A stretch of DNA of 64,000 nt from assembly GCA_965226495.1 (NCBI GenBank), contig OZ245365.1, positions 736,001-800,000 on the forward strand. The letters are read 5' to 3'. Source of the stretch: Candidatus Marinacidobacterales bacterium (GTDB lineage Bacteria; Acidobacteriota; Vicinamibacteria; Marinacidobacterales; DATDRI01). Shown here in pieces: positions 18,795-30,527 of this stretch (its first letter is position 1; every line of letters begins with the position of its first letter). The notes beneath the pieces were generated by a model that saw only the letters and a program-made list of their open reading frames with translations, did no database searches and had not been told where the DNA came from. Both the position numbers and the translations under genes were made by a program.

Positions 18795-20801
18795 CTACTG
18801 CCCTGTCCGTCGTTCGTCCGCCATCTCCCGGATGGCGCTTACGATTCGGGCCGTCGAGCAGCCGTCGGCTCCAAAAGCGAACTCTTCGATGTACTTTTTT
18901 CTTCTCACCTCGAGCTCCTGGCCAAGCTCTCGATCGAAGAGTAGGCGACGTAGTAGTGTTTCCATAGGCTCACCTCGTCGCACGCCGACCGCAACCCCAC
19001 GCTCCACGAGCGCACTGAGGTTGCTGGGCAAGTTGACCACCAGAACCGGCCGGCCGAGCACGAGAGCCTCGGAAGAGGCAAAGGAGTCTACCGTTATCAA
19101 GCCGTCTGAAGCAAAAAGCAGCTCGATGAGGTTCTCTCCGGGTGGAACGACTCGCAATCGTGAAGCACCCTCTCGCGCACCGATTTCCTCGTAGGGGTCG
19201 GAGCGCTCCGCCTGATGGGGTTTCACCAGGAGCCATAGGTCGTCGATGGCCTCCGCCGCCCGGACTAATTCGGCGAACGCGGAGCCGAGGGCGACGAAAC
19301 GGGAAGCCACCACCACCATCGGTGCGCCCTCGCTCAAGTCGAGCCTCTGGCGCGTTTCTGCTCTGTTGAAGTGGCGTCCCGCCTCCACGAGGGCATCGAA
19401 CTTTGGGCTTCCGGTAATCACGACCCGGTCGGGAGGATACCTGCCTCGTTCGATGAGCAGTTGTCGGGCCAGACTGCCGAAGACGGCGGTTTTCGTGGGG
19501 ATAGGAACGGAGTCCACCCCATCCAGCTTCGGGCCAATCTCGTCCGTCGCGTGCTCGTTGGCGTACAGGCGGGGATAGAGGATCCCATGCTGGACGGCGA
19601 ACGACGGTGTTTCCTGACTGCATGCCGCCGCCACCGCGGCGCGGCCCAACCCACTGTACTCGGCATAGAGCACGAGAGCATGGGGTTGCTCTTGGAGAAG
19701 AGTGGCCTCGATCTCGCAGTACGATCGGATCGCCCACGGGAGCTGCAGGAGAAAAGTGTCACGGAACGATGTCAGTACGTTTTTCGGCAACGGGACTTCC
19801 CGATGTTGCAGAGCCCGGTCAAGAAAGGGTTGACGCCGCATGCGGCGCCACATTCGCCAACAGCCCAGGGAAGCGCCGGTCAGGCGCAGCCCCAGTGAGA
19901 ATGAAAAGTAGCGTCGAATAGCCACATAGGGCCGGCGCCCGTCTTCGAGCTCCAGCACATCGCGCAGCTTGTCGCGGAGGCTCCTTTGCCTGAAGGGTAC
20001 CAGCGGGCCGACCGCCACGACTTTGACCTCTTCTCCATCCGAGCCAAGTGCCTTCAGGATCGGGTCTAGATACATCTCGGCGAACTCTTCGCCCGGTTTT
20101 TCCTTCCACATGGAGGCATGAGTTACGAACAACAGGCGTCGCCCAGCCTTGCTAGGGGTTTCCACAGATTTGCGAAGCCTTCGAAACAGTGCCTTCAAAC
20201 TTGTGCCCATCATTTTGACTAGGGCGCTCGCGAAGTGGATAGATGTGTTGCCCGGACGGATCGGGCCCGCCCGCTGGGTGCCGTGGATCTCCACGTTCCC
20301 GGCCAATCGGGCCGCGATGTTGCCGAGGTCACGAACCGGACCGATGACGACGACGCGTTCGGGTCGCTCCTTTTCCAAAAGCCTCGCCATGGCTTCCACA
20401 TCACGGACGAAAAGGCGTAAGGGCGTGTCGTGGTAGAGAAAGAGCTCCGCCCACCACCAAAGCGAAAGATTCCGGTAGCGGAAGAGTGATCGAAAGCTTC
20501 CGTCGGGGCTCAATGACGCTCGCCCCAACGCCTTCATCCAGTCGATGACCGCGTCGTCGACTGCCACGTTGCCCGCCTCACCGAGAGCCTTCGCCAAGGG
20601 GATCGAACGTAGGTCTGCATTGGCGAGAGCCCCGTTCACGTCTGGACTGGGGAAGCGCTCCTGAACGATGGGCGCGTGTTGCCAGGCGACGAGCTTGGCG
20701 CCTCGAGAGGCAAGCTCGCGAACGAGATGGAGCTCCTTGGCCTCGAGGTGGGGTGTAGCCACGATGACCAAAACCGATTCTGAGGCGCGGGTCTCTTGCA
20801 C
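18795..20801 (-). CDS. GT-B fold capsule/surface polysaccharide biosynthesis protein (CDP-glycerol glycerophosphotransferase / KpsS-like C-terminus)
   Basis: AVQHG, ITGSPKFD, LLVKPHQAE, ITVDSFASSEALVLGRPV and ADGCSTARI. Confidence 0.7.
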   Translation of the reverse strand: MQETRASESVLVIVATPHLEAKELHLVRELASRGAKLVAWQHAPIVQERFPSPDVNGALANADLRSIPLAKALGEAGNVAVDDAVIDWMKALGRASLSPDGSFRSLFRYRNLSLWWWAELFLYHDTPLRLFVRDVEAMARLLEKERPERVVVIGPVRDLGNIAARLAGNVEIHGTQRAGPIRPGNTSIHFASALVKMMGTSLKALFRRLRKSVETPSKAGRRLLFVTHASMWKEKPGEEFAEMYLDPILKALGSDGEEVKVVAVGPLVPFRQRSLRDKLRDVLELEDGRRPYVAIRRYFSFSLGLRLTGASLGCWRMWRRMRRQPFLDRALQHREVPLPKNVLTSFRDTFLLQLPWAIRSYCEIEATLLQEQPHALVLYAEYSGLGRAAVAAACSQETPSFAVQHGILYPRLYANEHATDEIGPKLDGVDSVPIPTKTAVFGSLARQLLIERGRYPPDRVVITGSPKFDALVEAGRHFNRAETRQRLDLSEGAPMVVVASRFVALGSAFAELVRAAEAIDDLWLLVKPHQAERSDPYEEIGAREGASRLRVVPPGENLIELLFASDGLITVDSFASSEALVLGRPVLVVNLPSNLSALVERGVAVGVRRGEPMETLLRRLLFDRELGQELEVRRKKYIEEFAFGADGCSTARIVSAIREMADERRTGQ

Positions 20802-20810
20802 CAGCCGCTG

Positions 20811-20819
20811 ATTATATCA
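20811..20819 (-). promoter_or_regulatory. Extended -10 element TGATATAAT, 9 nt upstream of the GTG start (near-leaderless)
   Basis: Consensus sigma70 extended -10; no Shine-Dalgarno in the spacer. Confidence 0.5.
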
Positions 20820-20910
20820 GGTCAAAGGAAGACCAAGTTTCTTTCCGGGCGCCGGGCTTCCTAAGCAATAGTCGCCTTCCCTGGAGATCCGGTCTTGAGC
20901 GCCGGCGGAT

Positions 20911-21294
20911 CTAGGAGCTCTTGGCGAGGAGAGTGAGGGCACATAGCCGGGCTTCCGTTTGGGAGAGCATCCAGTGCCCGAGGCGCACCACCCGTTCTTC
21001 GGCGAAGTCTTGCTTCACCCGGTCGCGAATCAGAATGCGGACGTCGGTCTCCAGGAAGGCACTCCATTCGAAGCTCGAAAAGATCGACTCCGTTAGAAGC
21101 GCCGGATCCTTCTCCGACGGAGTCTTTCTCAAGTACTGCCTCCCGATCAGCTCGGTGGAAGGTCCGAAGTCCAGAACCTCTTTCAATTCCAGAACAATTC
21201 TCTTGTTCCTACCTCCGCGAAACACGACGATGGCTAGAGCCGCACCCCCGCCGACAACCGAGACAAGAAAACCGCGTCTTGAAATCGTGCTCAT
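20911..21294 (-). CDS. Small Tat-signal protein, probable GMC dehydrogenase partner subunit
   Basis: ISRRGFL twin-arginine motif plus a hydrophobic stretch, and DF..ERVV...WMLSQTEARLCAL; overlaps the GMC stop codon. Confidence 0.75.
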   Translation of the reverse strand: MSTISRRGFLVSVVGGGAALAIVVFRGGRNKRIVLELKEVLDFGPSTELIGRQYLRKTPSEKDPALLTESIFSSFEWSAFLETDVRILIRDRVKQDFAEERVVRLGHWMLSQTEARLCALTLLAKSS

Positions 21295-22805
21295 CGGTCC
21301 TGGGACTCGAGAACTTCCGTTAGATGACTTGCGAGCCGAAGGGCGAGCGCAACCAGCGTTAGCGTGGGGTTAGAGAAGCCCCCGGTCGGAAACACCGAGC
21401 TGCCGGCAACGTATAAATTAGCGATACCGTGGACCCGGCAGTTGGCATCCACAACACCTTTCTTGGCATCCGAGTGCATTCGCGTGCCACCCATCGGATG
21501 AGATGCCGCACGCACTGGCCATGGGTTATGGTCGGTAACTCTGAGTGCTACCCTGCCGAACCCGTTTCGGCCGAGCTCGCGCCCGAGAAACTTGATCGAT
21601 TTCCGGATTTGCTCGGTATCCCGATCGCTCAATTGCCAATTCAGGATTACCCGTGGTTTTCCGAGGGCGTCCTGCTCCCCAGACAGTGTAATGCGGCTAT
21701 TAGGGTTCGGAACTTGTTCGGTGCGCGTATAGAGCATGGAGTAATGGGGCCCGCGGGATGGGGGTGTCGGCTTGCCGAAACGGTCGATTAGGGAGGACAC
21801 TTCTCCGACGGCGGCGAGCATTCCCCGGACATCGTACTTTGGGAAGAGTATGAACGCCGTATTCAAAAGTTGATGGCGTCGCTGAAGATCTTCGGCCAAC
21901 GACAAGGCCCCGAACGTGGGGTTACCGAGTGTCGGTTCCATGGTAGCGCTCTCATACAGATCCATGGACTCATTGGGTTTGGTTACCACCGCTGAACCGG
22001 CGACCCAATTCAGATGCTCGAAAAAGTACCGCCCCACTAAGCCATGCTGGTTTCCCAAGCCCGCCTTCAGCACCTTGTTCGAGTACAGCAGGACGCGTGA
22101 GTTTTGCATGCCACCGGCCGCCAGTACGTAGGCCTTGGCACGGACCCAGAGTTTGTTGTCGGTGAGACATTGCACCTCCATAAGATGCACAGCCGACGCG
22201 CTCGAGTTGGTCACGATGTCCACGACGTTTGCGTGGAGCAGTACTCGAATGTTGGGTGCATCCACGACATCTTTTCGATAGACCTGGCCAAACCGCGTCG
22301 GAGGGCTGAGGTGGTACGTTTTGGTCACGATCCCGTCGTTCTTGCCGATCGTCAGGGGGGGACGGGAGGGGGAAAGGGCCTCCTGCGGATCGTAGTCGAA
22401 CGGTTTGATTTGGCAGATCTCGTTGGCATTCCGATAAAACGGCTCGAGGTGGGACTTCGGAAAAGGCCAGCCGCTGTTCGGGACCCAAGAACGCTCTTCG
22501 AAGTCGATCGCATCGAGGGGTCGGCACCAGCCTTCCCAACGGTTCGTGGAGCCGCCGAAATAGCGGACCTGCACACGGGACACATAGTGCCGTTTGGCGG
22601 GCATGAAACGGCCCACGGTCTCGCCCGCGTTCAGGTCTTGCGTATCTTCTTCGAACTCGAACCCACCGCTCTCCAGCAAGATCACCGACTGGCCCTTATT
22701 GGCGAACTCTCTCGCGATCGTAATACCGGCCGCACCGGCACCGACGATGCAGAGGTCGGCCTCGAAAGTTTTGTCTTTGGGGACGGCTCGTGCGTCGATT
22801 AGCAT
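21291..22805 (-). CDS. GMC family FAD oxidoreductase
   Basis: IVGAGAAG, FGGSTNRW, SHPMGGTRM and GSSVFPTGGFSNPTLT. Confidence 0.92.
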   Translation of the reverse strand: MLIDARAVPKDKTFEADLCIVGAGAAGITIAREFANKGQSVILLESGGFEFEEDTQDLNAGETVGRFMPAKRHYVSRVQVRYFGGSTNRWEGWCRPLDAIDFEERSWVPNSGWPFPKSHLEPFYRNANEICQIKPFDYDPQEALSPSRPPLTIGKNDGIVTKTYHLSPPTRFGQVYRKDVVDAPNIRVLLHANVVDIVTNSSASAVHLMEVQCLTDNKLWVRAKAYVLAAGGMQNSRVLLYSNKVLKAGLGNQHGLVGRYFFEHLNWVAGSAVVTKPNESMDLYESATMEPTLGNPTFGALSLAEDLQRRHQLLNTAFILFPKYDVRGMLAAVGEVSSLIDRFGKPTPPSRGPHYSMLYTRTEQVPNPNSRITLSGEQDALGKPRVILNWQLSDRDTEQIRKSIKFLGRELGRNGFGRVALRVTDHNPWPVRAASHPMGGTRMHSDAKKGVVDANCRVHGIANLYVAGSSVFPTGGFSNPTLTLVALALRLASHLTEVLESQDR

Positions 22806-22898
22806 CTAAAGTCTTCTAGGGGTTCGAACCGGTTGGCTTGATTTTCTGCACTCTCGTCTGCCAGAAAACGCCCGCTTGGCGACTCCCAACATTCTTGG

Positions 22899-23762
22899 CT
22901 AGACGCGCGTCCCGACCGACGGGATATCAAACGGAGAGTATCCGTACTCGGCCAGGGTGGGCTGCAAAATCTCATTGAGAAGCTTCATGCCTTCCGAGGA
23001 ACATCTTTCATACTGCCGCTCGTTTGTAATCGACAAGGTGGCGGGTAGTTCTCCGAGGACCTCACCGATTTCGGCGAGGCCGCTAGATTTCATAGTCGAT
23101 GACATGATGCCCCTGACATCTTTGCACAGGCTCTCGTATTTGATGACCGTGAATCTGCCACCGATTCTCGTGTTGGCGTCCTTGAGGTGAAGCACCGTAT
23201 CCTTCCAATATTCGGCAGACTCTCGCAACGCGACCGCCGGCCCCCAGGGGCTTCTGGCGAACTTGTGCTCGTTGGATAGAGCCACCGCTTTCCCATCGCG
23301 AATGATGTGGATGAAGTTGGCAGTGGGAAACACTCGGTTCAAAAGTAAAACCGCACGGGAGAGCCAGGGAAGTTTGACCACCAGCCTGTTCTTTCGCCAT
23401 GATCGACATTCCTGCTCGCAGAAGGACACGACTCGCTGGGCCAGGGCTTCGGTGTAGTCCTCTTCCGTCAAGAACCTCTTGGTGGTGGGGAGATAGTGGT
23501 CCCAAATTTGGCGCCCTTCGTCCGGGTTGGGGACGATCATGGTGAAAATGCCAAAGTTCTTACGCCAGCTCGTTCTAAGGAATCTTGTTCCCAATCGTTT
23601 GATAAGCGGCGAGAAGGGGACTCGGGTCCGTTCCGGGATCTCTCCCCCTCGCATCGAGTATTGAGATAGCCAAGCGAGATGGGGGTGTCGAGCCAGCATC
23701 CTATATAGGATGGTAGTTCCCGAGTGCTCGACACCGACGACGAAGATGGGGCGAATGTCCAT
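22899..23762 (-). CDS. PAPS-dependent sulfotransferase
   Basis: PIFVVGVEHSGTT (5'-PSB loop), FIHIIRDGKAVALS (3'-PB motif) and KYESLC. Start set at MDIRPIF. Confidence 0.9.
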   Translation of the reverse strand: MDIRPIFVVGVEHSGTTILYRMLARHPHLAWLSQYSMRGGEIPERTRVPFSPLIKRLGTRFLRTSWRKNFGIFTMIVPNPDEGRQIWDHYLPTTKRFLTEEDYTEALAQRVVSFCEQECRSWRKNRLVVKLPWLSRAVLLLNRVFPTANFIHIIRDGKAVALSNEHKFARSPWGPAVALRESAEYWKDTVLHLKDANTRIGGRFTVIKYESLCKDVRGIMSSTMKSSGLAEIGEVLGELPATLSITNERQYERCSSEGMKLLNEILQPTLAEYGYSPFDIPSVGTRV

Positions 23763-23771
23763 GAACGCTAC

Positions 23772-23777
23772 ATTATA
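23772..23777 (-). promoter_or_regulatory. -10 element TATAAT, 9 nt upstream of the sulfotransferase ATG
   Basis: Perfect consensus hexamer; no SD in the spacer. Confidence 0.45.
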
Positions 23778-23862
23778 CTGATTCGAAAGAATTCGTTCGC
23801 CGGGAGGAGGGTCGAATGCGCGTGCCGCAGTATGTTGGGGACGTGTCAATAACCGCAGCAGT

Positions 23863-25056
23863 ATGAGGCTCTTATACGTATCGGCCGCAAGATTGCCGAC
23901 CGAGAAGGCGCATGGTTATCAGATCATGAAGATGTGCGAGGCTTTCGCCGATCGGCACGAAGTGCTGCTGCTGGCTCCGGCCACGAGAAGGACGGAACTG
24001 CCGCCGAAAGCCGAGGACATCTACGCCTACTACTCGGTCAAGAAAAATTTTGAGATAAAGAGCCTTCCCAGTTTGGATCTTCCGTTCCTGGGGAAGATCA
24101 GTGCGCGGCTGAGGTTTCTGACGCGCGTCGCGTCTCATTCTTTCATGGTCTTGATTTGGATCTTGAACCACCGGCAAGAGATCGACGTTGTCTATTCCCG
24201 AGATCCGATTGCCCTATACCTCCTACGCACGGTCAAGAGATTCGTCGAACTGCCTCTAGTCTATGAGACCCATGATTTTCCCCGCGAAGGGACGAGTCTC
24301 AGAAGCAAGTTGGCGAAGAGGTTGGATGGCCTGGTGGTGGTGACCAGCCAGTTACAAGAGCGGTACGTTCGGGCGGGCGTGGAAGAAGCCAGAGTGATGG
24401 TCGCGCCGGATGCCGTGGACCTCGGTCACTTCGACATTCAGGTGACGAAGGACGAGGCGAGGGAGAAACTCGGCCTTACGTCCGATATCAAGATTGCGGC
24501 GTTCATCGGGACCTTTCACACCATGGACATGGAAAAGGGAATTCCGGAGATCCTCGCGTCCGCCAAGTACCTTTTTGGAGAATTCGAGGATCTCTTCTTC
24601 TACTTTGTGGGCGGGCCCATGGAGCGAGCGAGGAAATACAGGAATTTTCTAGAGGCGGAAGGTTTGCCTCTGGACCGATTCATCTTCCTTGAGAAACAAG
24701 CCATCGGGGACGTGCCTATGTGGATGAAGGCCAGCGACGTGCTCTTGATGCCCCATCCAAAGAACACCTTCTATTCGTTCTATGTTTCTCCCTTGAAGAT
24801 GTTCGAGTACATGGCATCGAAGCGGCCGATCGTCGCTTCACGATTGCCCGCCATTGAAGAAATTCTCGCTCATGGGAGAAACGCCCTGCTCGGAGAACCG
24901 GGAAACCCGAAGAGCATCGCCGCGAATGTAAGTCTGCTCCTGAACGATCCGGAAGCCTGCCAGTCGCTCGCCGAGCAAGCGTTCATCGACGTCAAAAATC
25001 ACTCCTGGACAGACAGAGCCATCAGGATATCGGATTTCATCTCAAGCGTCTCTTGA
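23863..25056 (+). CDS. GT4 glycosyltransferase
   Basis: PTEKAHGYQIMKMCEAF and SPLKMFEYMASKRPIV. Confidence 0.92.
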   Translation: MRLLYVSAARLPTEKAHGYQIMKMCEAFADRHEVLLLAPATRRTELPPKAEDIYAYYSVKKNFEIKSLPSLDLPFLGKISARLRFLTRVASHSFMVLIWILNHRQEIDVVYSRDPIALYLLRTVKRFVELPLVYETHDFPREGTSLRSKLAKRLDGLVVVTSQLQERYVRAGVEEARVMVAPDAVDLGHFDIQVTKDEAREKLGLTSDIKIAAFIGTFHTMDMEKGIPEILASAKYLFGEFEDLFFYFVGGPMERARKYRNFLEAEGLPLDRFIFLEKQAIGDVPMWMKASDVLLMPHPKNTFYSFYVSPLKMFEYMASKRPIVASRLPAIEEILAHGRNALLGEPGNPKSIAANVSLLLNDPEACQSLAEQAFIDVKNHSWTDRAIRISDFISSVS

Positions 25057-25166
25057 GCGCGGAACGGGAACTTGGCTGAAAGGGTATCGATGGCTTGCGG
25101 CAGTTTGGCGATGCGGTTCGTTGAGTTCGGTCTTCGTCGTCCCGTCTTGCACTTTCTCGTCGACGC

Positions 25167-25934
25167 TTGATACCCTCTCCGAAAATGGAAGCCATTGATC
25201 CCCGGAACGTCCAAGCGGCGAAGTATGGTTTTCCCTATCATCATCTGCCGCACGCTGCCAACGGGGTCTGGTACGTTGGCCGCCACTTGCACTGGGGCTT
25301 CCGGTACCTTTCCCTATTGGAAAGCGTGGTGAGCGAGGTCGAGAAACTCGATCCCCAATCTGTTTTGGACTTCGGATGCGGCGATGGCCGGCTGCTCTCC
25401 GAGCTGGCGTCGCGCGTCCCGGTGAGCAAGTTGTGGGGGGTCGATGTCGACGAGCGATCGCTCCGTTTCGCGGGTGGTTTCAACGACGAGGCGAAGGTCC
25501 TGTTCGCCAGAAGTCTCAAAGAGCTCAGGGGAAAACGCTTTGACGTCATCGTCGCAAGCGAGGTGATGGAGCATATTCCACCCGAAGAGTGCTCGCCGAT
25601 CGTTTCCGCGCTTGGTGAACTCGTCTCTCCATCCGGCGCTGTGGTCGTGACGGTGCCTACCCACAATATTCGGGTGAGCCGAAAGCATTTCCGTCACTTC
25701 GACGCGACTGAGCTCGCAGCACTTCTCGGATCCCACTTCAAGCTCGTTTCTTCTCGCTACATCCATCGCGTCGGCTTGGCGCCGATGCTCGTCGAGGGGA
25801 TGGCGGTGAACCGGTTCTTCGTAGCGAATTGGGCACCGTGGTTGAGGATCCTCCGGACCGCGTATCGCAGATGGGTGGAGCCCGCGAGAGCGACGAACGG
25901 GGCGCGATTGATCGCGGTTTTCGCCAGGCGCTGA
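25167..25934 (+). CDS. Class I SAM-dependent methyltransferase
   Basis: VLDFGCGDG, FDVIVASEVMEHI and VVTVP. Confidence 0.9.
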   Translation: MIPSPKMEAIDPRNVQAAKYGFPYHHLPHAANGVWYVGRHLHWGFRYLSLLESVVSEVEKLDPQSVLDFGCGDGRLLSELASRVPVSKLWGVDVDERSLRFAGGFNDEAKVLFARSLKELRGKRFDVIVASEVMEHIPPEECSPIVSALGELVSPSGAVVVTVPTHNIRVSRKHFRHFDATELAALLGSHFKLVSSRYIHRVGLAPMLVEGMAVNRFFVANWAPWLRILRTAYRRWVEPARATNGARLIAVFARR

Positions 25935-26002
25935 GCTAGTCGACGACTCTCCTCGGCCTCGACCAACGTACCTGGGACTGCACCAACGGAGCGCGGAGTG
26001 AG

Positions 26003-26686
26003 GTGGTCATGTTGGCGAAAATGTATCAACTCCTAATCGACGCCTCCAAGATTCTAACTCGCAAGGGGATCTATCCCTTCCTCACCAAGCAGTTGTCCGA
26101 GATAGAGCCCGGGGCAAGCGTTCTTTCAGTCGGCGCCGGCGGGCCGATCGCGGCGATGGTCCGAGAGTTCGGCCAAAGGCGAGAGTTCGACGTCGATTTT
26201 TTCGATGTCGCGACCGTTCACAAGTCGCAGGAGATCGTAGGTGATATCTGTACGTATGAGTTCGAGAAAGACGAGGTCTATGACCATGTCGTCCTGGCGG
26301 AAGTCCTCGAGCACCTACATTCGCCTCAGCAGGCCATCGATCGCATTCGTAGGGTGCTGAAAAAGGAAGGTAAGCTGACGCTGACGGTGCCCTTCATCTT
26401 CCCGATTCACAGCCGCCCGAACGACTACTTTCGCTTTACATCATTCGGGTTGGAGCATCTCTTGCGTGAGTTCACGATGGTCGTCATCAAGGAAAGAAAC
26501 TCTTGGGGGGAAGCGGTCAATGTGCTCATCGTCCGGCTGATCATGGAGAATCGCCTGGTGGCGAAGCTACTCGCACCGCTGATCGTCTTGATCGCCTTCT
26601 TGTTGGCGCCGTTCGCCCTGCTCGCCTCGAGGCTTATCCCGTCAGATTTCATGACCAGCGGATACCTCGTTGTGGCCAAGAAGTGA
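26003..26686 (+). CDS. Class I SAM-dependent methyltransferase
   Basis: VLSVGAGG, EVLEHL, and TVPFIFPIHSRPNDYFRFT, typical of polysaccharide-locus methyltransferases. Confidence 0.9.
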   Translation: MVMLAKMYQLLIDASKILTRKGIYPFLTKQLSEIEPGASVLSVGAGGPIAAMVREFGQRREFDVDFFDVATVHKSQEIVGDICTYEFEKDEVYDHVVLAEVLEHLHSPQQAIDRIRRVLKKEGKLTLTVPFIFPIHSRPNDYFRFTSFGLEHLLREFTMVVIKERNSWGEAVNVLIVRLIMENRLVAKLLAPLIVLIAFLLAPFALLASRLIPSDFMTSGYLVVAKK

Positions 26687-26710
26687 TGGGTCTTCGTAAG
26701 CCTGGTCAGC

Positions 26711-27787
26711 TCATCGCCGAGCCAAGATGTGGCCGCGGATAAGCTGGGCCACGAGGCGATTTCCTTCCGGATTGAAGTGGCCGTCGGATGCGTACAGGTA
26801 TCGTTTCATGTCATCCGGCCCCTCGATGAAATCCAGTAGATCGATGACCCGGATGTCGTTTTCCTCGCAGAACACGCGAATCCGCTCTCCGACTAGGCGA
26901 CTCCTCGTCCACCATTGCGCGAATCCGCCCATCACGGCGTCTCGCGGATAGATGATCACCACCGAAAAGCCACTCTCGTTGGCTAGCGAGATGCTACGGA
27001 GCTCCTCCAGCAGCGAATAGGTCTCTTCGAGGATTTCGGGTCGCGAAGCCATTTGGTAGCGGAGACGCGGGACCAAGGCGAGCCGGGCCGCCATGCGATA
27101 GATAACGCTTGCTCCGAGTAGGGGAGGATAGTAGCTCTCGAGTTCGTTTCTCATGCTCGCGAGCCTGTCCTCGGAGAAAGCGTAATTGCCTTCCCCGTTT
27201 ATGTATGCGACGGCGTTGGGGAGAACGTCGTTGCCAATGAACAGTCCGAGCACAGTCTCCTGCGGGCCGACGTCTTGGACGAATTCCCGTGCCACGATGA
27301 GTTGTTGCACCGTGTTGTATCCGAACACCGCGAAATTATAGGCGGTCAGCGAGTACTGAGCCGACTCGTCTTCGGCGTTCAACCGTTCCAACCAGGTCGA
27401 GATCATGTCTTCTTCTTCGACGCCGGTCCCGTAGAAAAACGAGTCACCGAGCAACAGAACTCTCAACTCGTCGTCGCCCCGAGGGGCAATCTCCTTGGTT
27501 CGAAAGCCAAGGGAGTTCGTTCGAACGGTGTGTCGGTATTCGGGTTTCTCGACTATCTGCTCTCTGTTCGGAGAGAGCCGGAATCCAAACCGCTCGCTGT
27601 ACGCGTCGAGCGAGGGATCGAAGACGACGTTCGAGTTGAGGAGCATCATCTCCGCTTGATGCAAGGAGCAGTCGACCTCTCGATAGCAGGGGAAGTAATA
27701 CCGGGCCAACAGTTCGGTGGCGAAAAGAGCGAGTATCGCACTGAGCACCACCGCTGAGATTCGACCCACCACCGCTTGTTTCCTCAT
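26711..27787 (-). CDS. SGNH/GDSL hydrolase-fold protein with N-terminal membrane anchor (possible O-acyltransferase/esterase)
   Basis: NSLGFR, LGDSFFYG, GYNTVQ, IGND and DGHFNPEGN blocks. Start at MRKQAVV. Confidence 0.88.
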   Translation of the reverse strand: MRKQAVVGRISAVVLSAILALFATELLARYYFPCYREVDCSLHQAEMMLLNSNVVFDPSLDAYSERFGFRLSPNREQIVEKPEYRHTVRTNSLGFRTKEIAPRGDDELRVLLLGDSFFYGTGVEEEDMISTWLERLNAEDESAQYSLTAYNFAVFGYNTVQQLIVAREFVQDVGPQETVLGLFIGNDVLPNAVAYINGEGNYAFSEDRLASMRNELESYYPPLLGASVIYRMAARLALVPRLRYQMASRPEILEETYSLLEELRSISLANESGFSVVIIYPRDAVMGGFAQWWTRSRLVGERIRVFCEENDIRVIDLLDFIEGPDDMKRYLYASDGHFNPEGNRLVAQLIRGHILARR

Positions 27788-27886
27788 CGATCCGGAGTAT
27801 AGCGGAACTGCATGCTGGACCGAGATGGCGCGGATCAGGTTAAGATAGCGGGCAGGACCGGCAACGGCTTTCAGGAAAGGACCGCG

Positions 27887-29305
<1,419 letters not shown>

Positions 29306-29339
29306 GCGGACGCCCGCCGCGGGGGATCACCCGGCCGCC

Positions 29340-30527
29340 ATGAGCCCGCCCAGTGTCTGCTTCATCAGCAGCACGGCCTACCAAATCCCCTTGGACCCAA
29401 CCAGCGAGAAGAAGTTTCGCGCCCTCGCCGCCGTGGGGACGATATTCGTCATCGGGTTTTCGACCAGTTGGAAGGGCCGGCGACACGATGAGAGCGCAAA
29501 TTTCATTCTCCTGCCGCGGCTCCCGGGGCCGATGTTGCGCTACCTTACCCTGCTGAGTATCGGCTCTCTCGTTGCGTTGAGCCTCGTTTTACGTCGTCGT
29601 GTGGGGATCTTGGTAGCGCAGAGTCCTTACGAAGGGGTCGCGGGAGCCTGGGTGAAGCTGCTGGGTGGAATTTTTGGCCGACGGGTGGCGCTCATCGTAG
29701 AGAGTCATGGTGATTTCGAGAAGGCACCTTTCTTGCAGCATCGTTTCTCCTGGCCGGGCCTCGGACGGTTTTTCTCGGTCCGTTTCTCGCAGTTCGCATT
29801 ACGACATGCCGACGCGTTTCGCGCCATATCGGACGCGACGCGGGAGCAGCTCAACGAGTGGGCAAGGGGAAAGCCTATCGAGCAGTTTCCAACATGGACT
29901 GATATGGACGCCTTCTTGGACGCTGGGCAAAAGAAGCAGAAAACGACTCGAGGCAGACTTCTCTACGTCGGTCTGCTGATCCCTCTCAAAGGCGTCGATC
30001 TTCTCATTCGAGCCTTCGCCTCGATCGCCGAGGATTTTCCCGAGGCGCAACTCCTGATCATTGGAAAGGCCGAGGATCGCCGGTGCGCTCAGTCCCTCGC
30101 CGAACAGACGGAAGAGCTTGGTCTGGTCTCACGAGTGGTTTTCAAGGATCCGCTCCCTCAGCGCGAGCTGGCCAGGCAGATGGCTCAGGCCGAGGCTCTG
30201 GTTCTCCCTTCCCGATCCGAGGGGTTGGGACGGGTCGTCTTCGAAGCGATGGCCTGCGGCACTCCGGTTATAGGGAGTCGAGTTGGTGGTATCGGTGAAA
30301 TGATCGTGGATGGGGACAACGGATTCCTAGTTCCTACTGACGATAGCGAGGCCGTTGCGGAGCGACTGCGTTGGCTTCTGGAAAACCCCGAGAAGTCCGA
30401 TCGGATGGGAGAACGCGCCCGCGCTTTCGCGGAACGATTCTTCTCGACAGAGTCATATGTCGACGCTTACCGTCGTCTATTCGAAGAGGCCACTCGCGTC
30501 ACGGGAGAGAAGAATCCAACCCCGTGA
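29340..30527 (+). CDS. GT4 glycosyltransferase
   Basis: YVGLLIPLKG and PSRSEGLGRVVFEAMACG. Confidence 0.92.
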   Translation: MSPPSVCFISSTAYQIPLDPTSEKKFRALAAVGTIFVIGFSTSWKGRRHDESANFILLPRLPGPMLRYLTLLSIGSLVALSLVLRRRVGILVAQSPYEGVAGAWVKLLGGIFGRRVALIVESHGDFEKAPFLQHRFSWPGLGRFFSVRFSQFALRHADAFRAISDATREQLNEWARGKPIEQFPTWTDMDAFLDAGQKKQKTTRGRLLYVGLLIPLKGVDLLIRAFASIAEDFPEAQLLIIGKAEDRRCAQSLAEQTEELGLVSRVVFKDPLPQRELARQMAQAEALVLPSRSEGLGRVVFEAMACGTPVIGSRVGGIGEMIVDGDNGFLVPTDDSEAVAERLRWLLENPEKSDRMGERARAFAERFFSTESYVDAYRRLFEEATRVTGEKNPTP

